Source: Hydrolagus colliei | Lineage: Eukaryota | Assembly (NCBI GenBank): GCA_035084275.1 | Contig: CM068742.1 | Span: 142,476,001 to 142,540,000, forward strand | Direction: 5' to 3' | DNA length: 64,000 nucleotides | Shown here: piece after piece, positions 12,059 through 25,357 of the stretch | Numbering within the stretch: position 1 is the stretch's first letter | Layout: the number at the start of each line of letters is the position of its first letter | Notes under the pieces: generated by a model | Told to the model about the DNA's origin: nothing | Database searches by the model: none | The model's input: only the letters and a program-made list of their open reading frames with translations | Program-made: the position numbers and the translations under genes

Positions 12059-12869
12059 CCAGGTTCACCGACTGAGGAGCCGGTCGGTTTGGGGGCCTGA
12101 CACCACACTGGGCCCTTTTTTCCGCGCCCTTTTTTTCCCGCCATCTCAGGGATCGTCCGGGCGGGCGGCGAGGACAGGGAGTGGTTGCTGGACGATTGTT
12201 GGTTATTGTTTGTTGCTGTTTTTGTTGTTAATATTATTGCTTTTGTTGTTTATTATTGTTTATTATTGTTGTTTGATTCCCCCCACCCCTGCCCCCATTT
12301 TCTTCTTCCCTCACTCCCTTTCCCCACTTTCTCTCCTCCCTTTTCCCCTTCCCTCCCTCTTCCCTCTTCCTGATCTTGCCCCCTCCCATCTTTCCCTCCC
12401 TCTCTTCCTTGCCCCTCTTTCTCCCCCCTCTTCCTCCCTAACCCTAACCCACCCCACCTTTCCCTCCCTCTCCCCCCTTACCCTCTTTTCCCCCTTTCTC
12501 CCCTGGCCCCATTTTCGCGATTGTTTGTGGGGACACTGCTGTGCGCAATTTGGCTGCCGCGTTTCGCCCACAAATATACAGTCGACTTTCCTGCCATTTT
12601 TCCCCCTGCCTCGACCCCTCCCCTTTTGCTTCTTTAGCCCCTTTTGCCCCTAGTCCCACTTCCGTGACTGATTGTGGGACACTGCTGTGCGCAATTTGGC
12701 TGCCATGTTTCGCCCACTAATACAGTTACTTTTCCTACTATGCTTTATCCTGCCCTGATCCTTCCCACCCTGTTCTTGTCCTACCTGACTGTACAGCGCC
12801 TTGGGATGTCCTCTCGACGTGAAAGGCGCTATATAAATGTAAGTTTTGTTGTTGTTGTTGTTGTTGTTG

Positions 12870-13140
12870 ATATAGCACTTTTTAGATCTGCTAGACATCT
12901 CAAAGCGTTTCACAGAATATACTGTAAAGTAGATTGACCATATATTTGTGGGAAAAACGCGGCAGCCAATTGTCCACAGCAGTGTCCCAACAACAGTTAT
13001 GGATGGAAGTGACCAATTTTCTTATTTGTTTTTCTTGAGGAATTATTATCAGGCGTGTGGAATAAGAAGGTTTCTCCCTACTGGGAATCAAACCTAGGTC
13101 TTCCGCGTGCAAGGTGAGTGCTCTAACCACTGAGCTACAA
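12870..13140 (-). mobile_element. tRNA-derived L2-tailed SINE; its tail end is displaced to 11452-11476 by the insertion
   Basis: Head GTAGCTCAGTGGTTAGAGCAC, core GGGACACTGCTGTG..., same family as 45488-45792. Confidence 0.85.
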
Positions 13141-14167
13141 TAAAAGCTACTATATTAATATAGAATAAAAATTGGAACAGAATCATTCAAAACATTTTGC
13201 AGAATCATTTGGAATAGTTTATATGACCGAGTTTGTATTCTGATTGAATTATGTTCTTGATTAATCTATATTAAGAAATAATATTATCAAATTTATTATT
13301 GTACAAACATACTGTACAAACATTCCTAACATAATTTCTGCTGCATCAGCTTACTGATTTTGAGACTGCATATTCTTTTACAATAATTAAAGCAATGGTA
13401 TTAATACTTGTCTTCCTTATACTGTATATAGTCACATTTAAAAAAACTTTACCAAGTATTTTTGCTAATATTATCATCTGCAACAAGAGACACAAAAACA
13501 ATGAGGCACAAACACAATATAACCTGATGAGTACTCAATTATCCTACCTGTGGTATTAGTCTATAGAATATTCATTCTAAGGATATATTTTGCAGCAATT
13601 ACCACTCAGTGTAGTTTGCCTACCGATTTACTGTATTTTTCTCAAATTAATATTCATAGAAGGTACCTCTCAGAATCAGGTTATTTGGCTCATCCAATCC
13701 CACCAGTGTTTATACTCCACACAAATGCACGAGAAGTGCCAAGAGAAATTATAAAGATAATTCATTGATGGAGCAGCTGCATCTATCAGGCAGCAATGAT
13801 CGTTTTCCTTATCAGACAAATAATAACTTTGTACCCAAGACTTCTGAAACCATAGAAGATCTCAAACTGAAAAAAGAGAGAATATAACTGAATAAAAATC
13901 CCTTTCTTTTGTTCCGTGCAGTTGGACATCTACTGCGACTGGGACTAATAAGCTGTGGAGACTTCTGTGAAAGAACCACAAACCACAGGACAGAACATCT
14001 AAACTACTGGCTGACAATACAAGCACCACCTCAGCCACCAGAACTGCAGATGCAGACAGATTAGGTAATAGAGCTAGCTGCACTTCTAATCTGCACCATT
14101 AACTAAGACACCGGACAGCTCCACCAGACAAATCTAAACACAGAGACATAAACAGTATCATACTTAC

Positions 14168-14173
14168 AATCGT
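14168..14173 (-). CDS. UNC13B: 6-nt microexon (Thr-Ile)
   Basis: tgctctgcttgctggtttttacag|ACGATT|gtaagt; position matches the LTDQT-MI dipeptide recalled from Munc13-1; frame-preserving. Confidence 0.8.
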
Positions 14174-16320
14174 CTGTAAAAACCAGCAAGCAGAGCAATT
14201 AAAAAAAACAGCCATCAGTGAATGTAAAACTAGCATTTTCTGGTTGTGCGCTATGACAGTCCAGGGAAACACAAGTTACTATAACAACAAATGCTTCAGA
14301 AAAATATTGAAATGCTAAAAAAAACTAAAACAAATGAAATATATAATCACTTCTTGAAAAATAAAGTTACAGCCTTATTCATGGAACAAACCAGCATGAA
14401 ATTAAAATCACAGATTGTTAATCATGGGAATAAAACACTCAATTCACTCACTATTCAGTGAGCAGTGAACACAACAGTATTTCTGAGGAGATAAAGTAAG
14501 CTCAGGTTGCTGGCTCTACTTTAGTGCCTGTATCGGCGGTTATAATAAACCATTCGTAGCACACCATCTATACTGTACTACATGCACTGCCATTAAGCTA
14601 TAGCAAACAGCAGAAATGTGCACACAACCAAAAACTCCCTATTCACAAATTGGGAAATTGCAATTTCCAGACCCCCAAACTGTTCAGATGAGCTGTTTGA
14701 ATATAGATCACCTCAACTGCTTCCCATAAAGAACGATCCCACAATATCATAGCCACAGATTTTCATCAGCAAAATATTGTTCATCTTGTCGCAACCCAAA
14801 TGAAACAGAAACATAACTTTTTTTCTGTTACACTATTTATAAACTTCCTTCTCTTTTCTCCTTCCAACTCCACCTTGAGCCAAGCGTCCTCTGAGCAAAG
14901 GAGGTGCTAACCGACACACTACTTGTACACAGTATTAGTGGCTGCCTGACTGGCATTCTGTTTCTCGTGACAAAGCAACAACAGCATTTTCTGAACTGTA
15001 CCTTTTATTCACAAAATACACTTCAAATGTTGTAGAATTCATACTTTTCACAAACATTTGAATCATGATATCTTATCAACTTGTTGCAGTTTTCATAGAC
15101 TGCTCTGAATACAGAAATCTATATTTAGCCACTTCAGCTGTCATTAAAATATGCATTATAGTCTTTAAACCCTTTGCTGTTAAATTTTTTTTGCCCCAAA
15201 TCACCCACTTATGGTATGATTATTTGTGGTGTTATTCAATCTGTCACAATCTGTCACACATTTTGTTACACCCAGGGGCTAAATTTCAAAACGTTACAAG
15301 ATAGTGTAACCCATAAACATTGGATTCCTGTCTAGTCTTTCTCTTAAATTGTTGTCTTGGGAACAAATACTCAATCAACCTCGTCCCGAGCTTATGCCAG
15401 TCATAATAAATCCATTCTGCTTCCAACTATATCATCTAAGAATGTTCATCAAAGCAGACGACTAGTTATACTATAATAATCATCTGCCTTCCAGGTGACT
15501 CAGTCCAATTTGGCCTCATGTGGGAAACAGAGCCAGAATTCTCTCTACTCTTGGAGTCACCAATGTCACTCAAATGTTGGGATTGTTGTTATTTTCAAGC
15601 AGTCGCTAAAATGTATTACACAGAAGCATGTTTCTAGATTTTTTTTAACTTTTACTTAATATAATGTTTAATATATGTTGTAAAGAGTACAAAGGTTATT
15701 TATGTGGTTAAAATATCTATTATTTAGAATTGTGTCTTACACTCCGTAGAACCAAACATTCAAATGTTGAATTTGAACACGAGTTTGAATAAACATTTTG
15801 CTTCCTCTTAAAACGCAGTTTGCGAGTCAATAGACCAATTTGAGAATGATTCTCTGGCTTGTTCGTAAATGTAATTGCCTTGGGTTCATAGACATAAACA
15901 TTCCTTCGAGACTGCAGGATATTGCTTTCTCTAAGCTTTTGCAAATTTCAATTCAATTTTTAAATACACATTAAGTAAAGAACTATTTTATCTCAAAAAT
16001 TCAAAGCAGCATAAAATCTACCAAAGTATTGATCTAAACTGCTCAACACCAATATATTTTTGGGTGTTTGATAACACACTCACTGGTAGTCTAACTGCTG
16101 ACACTATTTTAGGAGCTAGAGACCTACGCCACAGTGTATATGGCTTCTGCATTTCATTATTCCAGGTTGGCATTTACCGATGCACAGATTATTAGTACCA
16201 ACTGATCAGGTTTAGGAACAAGGATGATACTGGAAAACATTTAAACTCCGTGATAGCGAGGCACAGGTTTTTATTTGTATATATTAAAAACCCTTGTGAA
16301 AAACAAATGAAGCTACTCAC

Positions 16321-16444
16321 CGACTGGTCAGTTAGGGGAGGCAACACAATCGCCTTTTCTATTGTGTTAACTACAATCTTCCACAGTTCCTTGAGAACCC
16401 TCTTCAGCACAGTCTTTTCACAGACTTTAGCAAATAACGTCAGA
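16321..16444 (-). CDS. UNC13B: UNC13B exon [21 protein letters not shown]...LPPLTDQS
   Basis: cag/gtgag; 124 nt. Confidence 0.96.
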
Positions 16445-16614
16445 CTGCAAAGCAAAAAAGGTCAATTTCAGTAAATCAGTTCAAATTGATTTTCCATCAG
16501 CCGGCCAAAAACCAGACTGTAGTAAACAATATTTACAGAAAACCAATGTGATAAAAAAAAATATTTGTCTAATTTTATTCAGTTTCATCCTCTTCCCACC
16601 TGTAAAATGTTTAG

Positions 16615-16982
16615 CTTTGTGATCCCATCTCCCCTATCCTCGCTGAATTCCATTGGCTCCCCATCATCCGGAGGATCCAATTCAAGATCCTGGTCCTCAC
16701 ATTTAAAGCTCTCCGCAGCCTCTCCCCACTCTACATCCGTGACCTTCTAACCCCCTACCAACCCTACCTCTGGAACTCCATCCCGCAGTCTCTCTGTCTC
16801 GCTCCCCCCCTAGCCTCCTTCAAGTTCTGCCTCAAGACCTTCCTCTTCAATGGTCCCATCTGCTACTCCTAATCTCTGTCCCCAGCTCGGTTCTGAAACA
16901 ATGACTGTCCATCGCTTTGGGATGTCCCCCTAATGTGAAAGGTGCTATTCAAGTGTAATTTTGTTGTTGTTGTTGTTGTTGC
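16615..16982 (+). mobile_element. L2 3' fragment with (TGT)n tail
   Basis: HWLPIIRRIQFKILVLTFKAL-like sequence plus tail. Confidence 0.78.
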
Positions 16983-18604
16983 TTCAAGAGATATGTAAGA
17001 TCTGGGCCAGAACTAATCAATGACCTTGACTTCTGTTGGATGTTAGCCAATGGGACCCACAATTGTGCTGCAGTTTTGTACTCTTGTCTTCCTCTCTTCC
17101 AGAGGTGAAATAATTAATTCAGTACAGATTATGTGACTACATTGACCCAGTGCTTTAAAAGGAATTGCACACTAATGAACTGACATTCTGGTCAGCTTTA
17201 CCTGTGGTGCCTTTGGGATGCGCGATTATAATGAGGAAATTATATTCGTGTCGAATTCTGCAAAAAGCACTAGCAGCAACTTAGACCATAATTTTAGCTT
17301 AACCTTTGGTTAAAAACAGAATCAAAGGATATCAGGAAAACTAGATATAGCTGATAAAATACCATTTCCCCAGTCCTGTGGAATTTTAAATTAATTAAAG
17401 CTACATAACACTCCAGATTTTTCATTTCATGTCTTTGAAGGTCAGGGAGAAAGTTCAGTTTTATTCACTTGGAAGGTTTACCTGTGAAAATTCACTTACC
17501 TCAAGTAATTATATGAATGAAATAGAATCCACAGCAGTTAAATTGAATATTATCTGTTCTAAAGAGTTGGATCCAGACTGATATGTCACATGTGAAAACT
17601 AGTGGATTACATTAATATCTAAAATCTTTGCAAAGAAAGAATTAAAGGAAAGATAGAAATACTGAAATAGCAAAAACTTTATTTAAAAAGTTCTCAAAGA
17701 AGCATTAGCATTATTAAACTAACAATTTTTAAATAAAATTAAATTATTTAAGAATTCCTGTTGAAATATCATTGAATTACATCATATTCGACCTTTTAAA
17801 TTTTTGTTGACTGTTTGTTGAACATTGCTGCTGTGTGCAGCGATTGGTGGCCATGTTTCGCCCAAAAACATATACTTTACAATCAACTTTACAATATACT
17901 GTATCCTGTGAAGCGCTTTGAGACATCTCAACAATGATAAGGTGCTGCATCAATTACATATTTTGTTCATAATTCAATTTCTCTTCATATCCCTTACTTT
18001 CCCTCTATCTATCCAGTTCCCTTTTAATCACCCACCAAACAATTTGGCAACTTTTGGGGCAGTGTGTATATTCCATATTTTTCACAACTGTTTAAATGAA
18101 GGATTACCTTCTAATCTCATCTCAAATCACTTAATCTCAATTTTTAAGAATATGTCCCCTTGTCTTGGATCCCTCCACCAGAGTGAAGCACTCGCTATCT
18201 AGTTTGTCGATTCTCCTCATTATTTTAAAGACTTCAACCACAGTTAAAATGTTTCATGGTTGTTCTCTTCTCAGGAAGTGACAGCTCCTCTTTGATGGAT
18301 GCAATAAAGCAATTTTCATTAAAAATAAGTTCCAAAAATTGCCAATTTCAGCTATTACTCTGTTCAGAAATAATAATATGTGCATTTGTTGCAGCATTCC
18401 TTCACTTCAGGAGATTGTCTGAAAATACGTCACAGGATTTACTGTAAAGTGTATTTTTCTAAAGAGCAGAACACAATTTTTTTTAATGTAGTCACTGGTA
18501 GAAATTGTCTATTTAAGCGCTTTGAGACTCCGCCTGGCATGGTTAATGCAATAAATGCAAGTTGTTGTTGTCAGGTCCAACCTGCTTTACTCCTCACTAC
18601 TCAC

Positions 18605-18757
18605 TTGCCATCCAGGAAATCCATTAATGGTCCAAGTACATTGTCAGCATCCTGAGCCACACTGTTACGAGCTGTAGCCGGTACATTTCCAGTGCCTTTG
18701 ACCTGGCTTAGGATAGCTCCCATCTGTTTTACACATTCATCAAGACGAGGCTGGAAA
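18605..18757 (-). CDS. UNC13B: UNC13B exon [21 protein letters not shown]...LMDFLDG(N)
   Basis: tag/gtgag; 153 nt. Confidence 0.96.
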
Positions 18758-19566
18758 CTACAAAGTAACAAAATAAGCACTGTTCCGTAAAAGGATTTGA
18801 TTGGTCAAAATTGAATCAAAGGGTCCCTGAAAGCCACTATTCAGGAGCTTGGACAAACTATGACAGTCAAGAGATTATCAGAAAGAATGACAAATCTGTG
18901 TTTGTACATTTGTTCAAAGTATAGAAAGATTAGAGAAATAGATCATCAAAATTAATGCATTACATTAATCAACCCTATAATGATGCAAGCTCCTCCATGA
19001 AAACTAACATCAGAATTACAATTTCTTGCTCTGTCCTTGTGCTTTTATGTTGTTTCTCTTCAAATACTTATTCAATTCCATTATAAATTAACAACTGGGA
19101 CTCAGAAAAACCTTTGCTTAAATATATAGAAAACTATTAATTTCTTTAACTACTGCATTCTTCAAAACATTCATATAATCAATTACATTTTAGTAGAGGA
19201 AGCTGTTCAGACCATTGTGTCTGTGCCATGCTAGATTCTCATGAGAAATCTCTCTTAATTTTGCTCTGATCCCACATACGCACACTTTTCTCAGTCATTG
19301 AGAAACCAATCATATCACACATACAGGAAAAGCAGTGTGGCTGATTTTATATTCAATTTGTTTTGATTTACATGTGAAAGGTAATATTGATTCAATTTAT
19401 CCATTGCTGAAGTGATGAATAAAATCCATTTTAACTTTGAAGACAACCCAAGAAAAACAAACATGGAAATATAGTGCAATTTACATTTCATTAGGAGGAG
19501 ATCATCTAAAATGTGCTTCGAGATAAGCAGATAGGTACAAATAGGCTAGAGTTAAAGATTGCTTAC

Positions 19567-19655
19567 CTAACACCAAATACATCACTGAGTTCATCCAGAA
19601 CATTGTTTAATTTTACTTGCAGCTCTTTTAATGTGCCACTTGCCTCAGGATCCAG
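19567..19655 (-). CDS. UNC13B: UNC13B exon [29 protein letters not shown](S)
   Basis: cag/gtaag; 89 nt. Confidence 0.96.
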
Positions 19656-19961
19656 CTGTAATAAAAGATGCAGCTCCAGGTTAATATAACTGTAAAACAA
19701 TATGTTTCTAATGATACCAAAATGTAGACTCCTACTTTGAAGAACATTAAAGGTAAAGGTATTGAGAGTAAGCACTGGACTAGAGATGGCAAGAAGCGCT
19801 TCCATAATAGTTGAAAGAAATGTGCTTCCATCAAGTAACACAACACTTAGATTCATCAATGAACATAAGTAAGCTTGGAAGAAGAAAACAATTTGGTCCA
19901 TCAAATCCTTTTGAACTCCTCCTGCATTTGAAAATAATCCTTTGTCTCCCAAGTCTTGAAA

Positions 19962-20430
19962 CAATAACAACAAAATTACATATTTGGAGAGCCTTTCACA
20001 TCGGGAGGACGTCCCAAGGTGCTGAACAGTCAGGTCGGGACCCAAGCAAGTGGGAGGGGCAGGGAGGGGGAGGGAGTCAGTGAGGGGGGAGGGAGAGAGT
20101 TAGGACGGGAGGGAGAAGGTTAGGAGGGCAGCAGAGGAGGGTGTTGAGACCAGTCTTGAAGGCAACAATAACAACAACAACTTAGATTTATATAGCGCCC
20201 TCCACGCCGGACAGTGTCTCAGAGCACTTCATAATTGCGGATCCCGGGACTGAGCCAGGGGCAGAAAGGTGACCAAAAGCGCGGTCGAAGAGAAAGGTCT
20301 TCAGCAAGGGAGGAAGCGAGGCGCAGGGACTGTGGGGTGGAGTTCCAAGAGCGGGGGGGAGAGAGGCTGAAAGCCTCTCCAAGAGCGGGGGGGGAGAGGC
20401 TGAAAGCCCATCTCCCGATCTCCCGGTGTG
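19962..20430 (-). mobile_element. Two tandem L2 3' fragments with different tail variants
   Basis: Two (ACA)n-tailed ends at ~19965 and ~20165. Confidence 0.7.
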
Positions 20431-21987
20431 CTGACTAACAATCCCAAAGCAAACCTGTGGCATCGCAATGCACAAATTGGCTTCCACGTTCGCCTGCAAA
20501 TACACAGTCACTACACTTTACAGAAACATTCTGAGGTACTTGAGACATGATAATATCAAATCTAGGGTAATTATTATCATATGTTAACAAATCTGTAGAA
20601 AAAATTCTAACGAATCATCTAATCAAGACTACCTATTATAGAATGTGTAGGCTGTATTGTTCCAATTGCTTCTCCAGCTTCACCAAGGTGCACAAATTGC
20701 AGACATACAACCACAACCTTTGATCAGCAAACACAACACTCTAAAAGTAGGTCATCAGTTGCTATTGGGGATCAAGAGTGGTCAAAGTTTAATAATTTGC
20801 TGCAAGTCTTAGAATAAGGCTGACAAGCTTTATTTTGCTGTAAAAAGTTATTTAGCACAGCTCCAAGGGTACTAACGTCATTTGTATTTTACTGAAACAT
20901 TTCTCAGAATTTTATTATACGTTGTCTACGGTGCATATGTTGTCTATGAGCCTGAATACTAGCAGGCCAATGATTTTCATGTCAATGCTTAAAATTCATT
21001 GTTGCAATAAAAGGTATTCAAACATCAAGATTGCCTTATTCCTGTAATATAATAATAATAATTCTTGCATTTGATATCTTGCTTTTCATGCCTTCTAGAC
21101 ATCTCAAAGTGCTTCACAGAATATACTGTAAAGTGAATTGACTGTACATTTTGTATATTTTTACTTATTTGCTTTCTGTCCTTTTTATTATTTTTTTTTA
21201 CTAACCTACCTACATCTAAGTTTGCAGACATTAAAAAGTTAATTACATTCCTGAAATTTCACATCAGTAAAGTAAGTGACAGATCTCTACCATGGCACAA
21301 ATGATGTGCATACCCCATTGCTCTCGGATTTAAAAATATCCCAAATATTTTTTTAAATAATCCCACCTTCTCAATTGAGTGAAAACATAGTGAGGTTTCA
21401 TTTGTGCTACTTCTTTACAAATTGTTCGGGTAAAACATATTTAATCATTGAATTTAAAAAAAAGTATTGTGCCCTTCAATGAATGCATTCTTCAAAACAA
21501 GTTTTGAAGTTTTAATGTGAAGTTCTTAGCTGAACGTTTTATAGCATTACAAAGATTTGAATTCAACACGTCAGCCATAAAGTAACAAAAAAACATCTTT
21601 GGATGGTTGAAAAAAGACCTCAAATTCCAAACATGTAGAGAAGACGAGGCCCTAGTCTTCAGTCTCTCAGATCTCATCCGAAAGACAATGCAGTGACTCC
21701 CTGCATGAAAGGTACTATACAAATATAACTTACTGTTGCATGTAGAAATTGTTTTTAAATGTTCAGGCGTTCATGGTGAAAACGGACCTAACATGCTTCC
21801 ATCGTCAAAACTCACTACTAATCCGACTCATTTTGCTAATCTCGAGCATTGGTCATCAGCAATGCTAATTCTGCAAGAAAGGTGCTGTACTCTGAAGCTT
21901 GTGTTACAATGTGCTCTTATTTCCGAGGGTTTTAAACTCGTGGTGGAAATTGTAGTTGTCTGGGTCCATTGTGCCACCAAACAAGTT

Positions 21988-22480
21988 AATAATCCTTGCA
22001 TTTGATATGCCTATCATATTGTTGAGACATCTGAAAGCACTTCACAGAATATACTGTAAAGTGAACTGACTGTATATATTGTTAGCGAAATGCAATAGCA
22101 AATTGCACACAACAGTGCCCACAAAGTGTCATGGACTGAGTGACAAAAGTATTACATGTATTTTATTTTAACAAAATTGAGACATTATTAACCTAAAAAA
22201 AATGATCTGTCAATTGATTCATAACTGGGCTCCCACTTACCGCTAGGTAAATAGAAGCATGTAGAGTGAAGAAACGTGGCTAAGGTTTTGGCCTGCTGAG
22301 TCCTCTTGCTTGTGAGGTAAGTTCTCTAACCGCTATGCTCAAGGATTCCAGTTGTACAAAAGCATATTTCACCCACAAATATACAGTCAACTAACTTTAC
22401 AGTATATTCTGTGAAGTGCTTTGAGACGTCTAGAAGATGTGATCAGTGCTATATCATATGCAAAGATTATTATTATTATT
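21988..22480. mobile_element. Two oppositely oriented SINE fragments (minus ~21988-22145, plus ~22255-22480)
   Basis: Shared CACAGAATATACTGTAAAGT motif in inverted orientation. Confidence 0.75.
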
Positions 22481-22669
22481 AATAAAAGCATTCAAAAATG
22501 ACAAGCTAGAAGAGTTAAATTTCCAGTTGTCAGGTTCACACTGATGCCACTTCCCACATGTTGTGCGCTCCCAGAAATGTCAGACACTCGTTTAATAACG
22601 GAATATGCTTGTCAGCATCAGAAGCTGGATATACTAGGCTTGCAGTCTGCACAGATTCAAAGGAGATCA

Positions 22670-22885
<216 letters not shown>

Positions 22886-23317
22886 TCATTAACTAAAACA
22901 AATTCACCATTATTTTTAAGATCAAATCGACATTGTGTCATGCAGCAAAATATGAGGTAGTGCTTTAATGGCTCAAAGTGTACTTGGTTAATATTTATTC
23001 TCTTCATTACTGTACAGCAATAAAAATAACTTCAAAGCTTAACTGGATAATATGACACTTCAAAAATTGAACATCAATTTAATAACTTATTAATCTATTG
23101 TAACATCTAAATATTACCATAAATTGACACATGCATCATGACTGGCAAATGAAATTCTGAATAAATGGTAGACTTAGAAATCTTGTTTCTATTCTACATA
23201 ATAAAACGCTGACAAGATAATGTTAACCTCATTTACTACATGAGTTCTGAAATGAAATGCTATTGAAAAAAACTGAACTGCTGTGAAGAATGATTTAATT
23301 AAAGAAACAGTAGTTAC

Positions 23318-23395
23318 CAGCGTCTCCTTGGAGCAGTAGGACTGAAAATTCTTGGTAATAATATCAGCGTACTGCAGCAACACTTTGCCCATTGT
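23318..23395 (-). CDS. UNC13B: UNC13B exon TMGKVLLQYADIITKNFQSYCSKETL
   Basis: tag/gtaac; 78 nt. Confidence 0.95.
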
Positions 23396-25078
23396 CTACC
23401 AAAAGGAGAAAACGAGAAACCAATGAACTGTCTATCCATTCTACAATTGGTCGGTCGTGAGCAACATACAATTAAAAAACCGTACCATTTAGATAGTGCT
23501 TTACGCATAGCAAACACATCTCTAAACATTTCATCATGGGCTCAATTAGAAATGAATCGAGTGTTTTTTATAACTATTGTACATCAGGTGAGCAACCAAT
23601 TCATTTACATTACTGATGAATGTGGATGGAATATAAACTAGCAAAACGTTCTTTGAAATAATGGTGGAGAATGTCCCTTTACGGCTACTTGTCTCTTAGG
23701 TAGAGCTCTCTACATCAGAAAGACGTCTCAGTGCTGGACAGTCAGGGGTTTGGGACCTGAGCTGGGATTTAGGATCAGAAATGGTGGAGGGCAATAGGGT
23801 TGGGTGTGGGAGGGTGGCAAATGCACAGTTGAAGAGGAAGGTCTTTAGACAGGAATTGAGTGAGGCAAGAAACGGGGTGAGGTGGAGTAATTGCGGGAGT
23901 ACCAGTGTGTAATGGACAAGGCAGAGGGACATAAACTAACGTTCAAAGCAAAAAACATTATGATTTTGAATTTTGTTTCAATTGAACAAAAAATCTGATT
24001 TAATGGTGAATGTTATGCATAGAAATTATACAAAATTCACAGTGCGTCATAAAAATAAAATGCTTCTATTATTCTCATACCAATCTAAATAATGTTTTAA
24101 GAAGTCGGTTTTAGCCCACTGCAGTCACATGACTTTAAGGGAAATGATTGTGAATACAGTGTGATGTAAAACATGCCACTCTGGGCTTCAAATTGGGCTG
24201 AGAAAATGTAATTACTTTTCAAAATAGATTCCAATTATTCTGGGTCATGTGAGCTGATCAAATTAATGTACCTGATTAACTCTGGGTAGCCAACTTAAAC
24301 ACCACATAACGTTGAATGAAACATAATTTGTGTATTGAAAGGCTCACGACAACATTGAGGTAAGGAAAAACTGTTGAACCCAGGTCTTGAACTATGTTGA
24401 GTTACTAATTTCAATCCCACCACAGGAAGGCTGCTTATCCACAGGAGTAGAATATCAAATCAATGGTAACCTCAAGTACAACTCTGATAGGACTTGATAA
24501 CAAATGGATACAGGGATTGAAATTCCATTCGCTGTTAAGTGTAGTGACTAACAAAAGTGTTTATAATGATGTTTTTCCATTTTGACACTAATAAGCAAAC
24601 TTAACAGTTTCAAGTGCACACTGTCAAACTTGTTAAATAGTGGTAAGTGGAATCATGCCCATAGAAATGTATTATAGAGATCTGGAGAGGAATTCTGCAG
24701 CCAAACTTTCTCAGACTCAAAATCCAGTATGAGAGTATGACCAGTGTTTGAAACAAAACTGACAGAAAATACAATTTAAAACCTTCCCCAAAAGAATTTT
24801 TCAATGTATTTACTCAGATTTTTTCTGCCCTTGTTCAAGCTTTTATTAATGTGTGTGGTTCTTAATTTACACCCAGGATATCCACAAAAATGACCAAACA
24901 GTCAGGTGCCATCATTTTGTGACTATATGAACCATATGAGACCTTATGAGTTATGAGCTGAGTTAGCTGATTCCAATGTCCAATTACTTGACATTTTGTC
25001 TCAATTTGTATAAATTTCCACCTGCCCATGCTTACAAGAGTTGTAAAAACAACTGACAAAAGTTGATGATGAAAACTA

Positions 25079-25357
<279 letters not shown>

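Larger units (their letters stand above)
11477..12869 (+). mobile_element. Composite retroposed insertion: 5' hairpins, captured gene fragments, two SINE cores, L2 tail with (TTG)n
   Basis: Splits a minus-strand SINE at its consensus ATTTGA/TATAGC; ends in the L2-type tail CGCCTTGGGATGTCCTCTCGACGTGAAAGGCGCTATATAAATGTAAG(TTG)n. Confidence 0.8.

Noticed and set aside
12027-12659. Long ORFs resembling membrane or Pro/Gly-rich proteins
   Set aside because: Artefacts of T/G-rich and pyrimidine-rich low-complexity tracts
11477-12869. Helitron or Pack-MULE origin of the capture cassette
   Set aside because: No 5' TC or 3' hairpin-CTRR ends and no terminal inverted repeats; it ends in an L2 tail with (TTG)n
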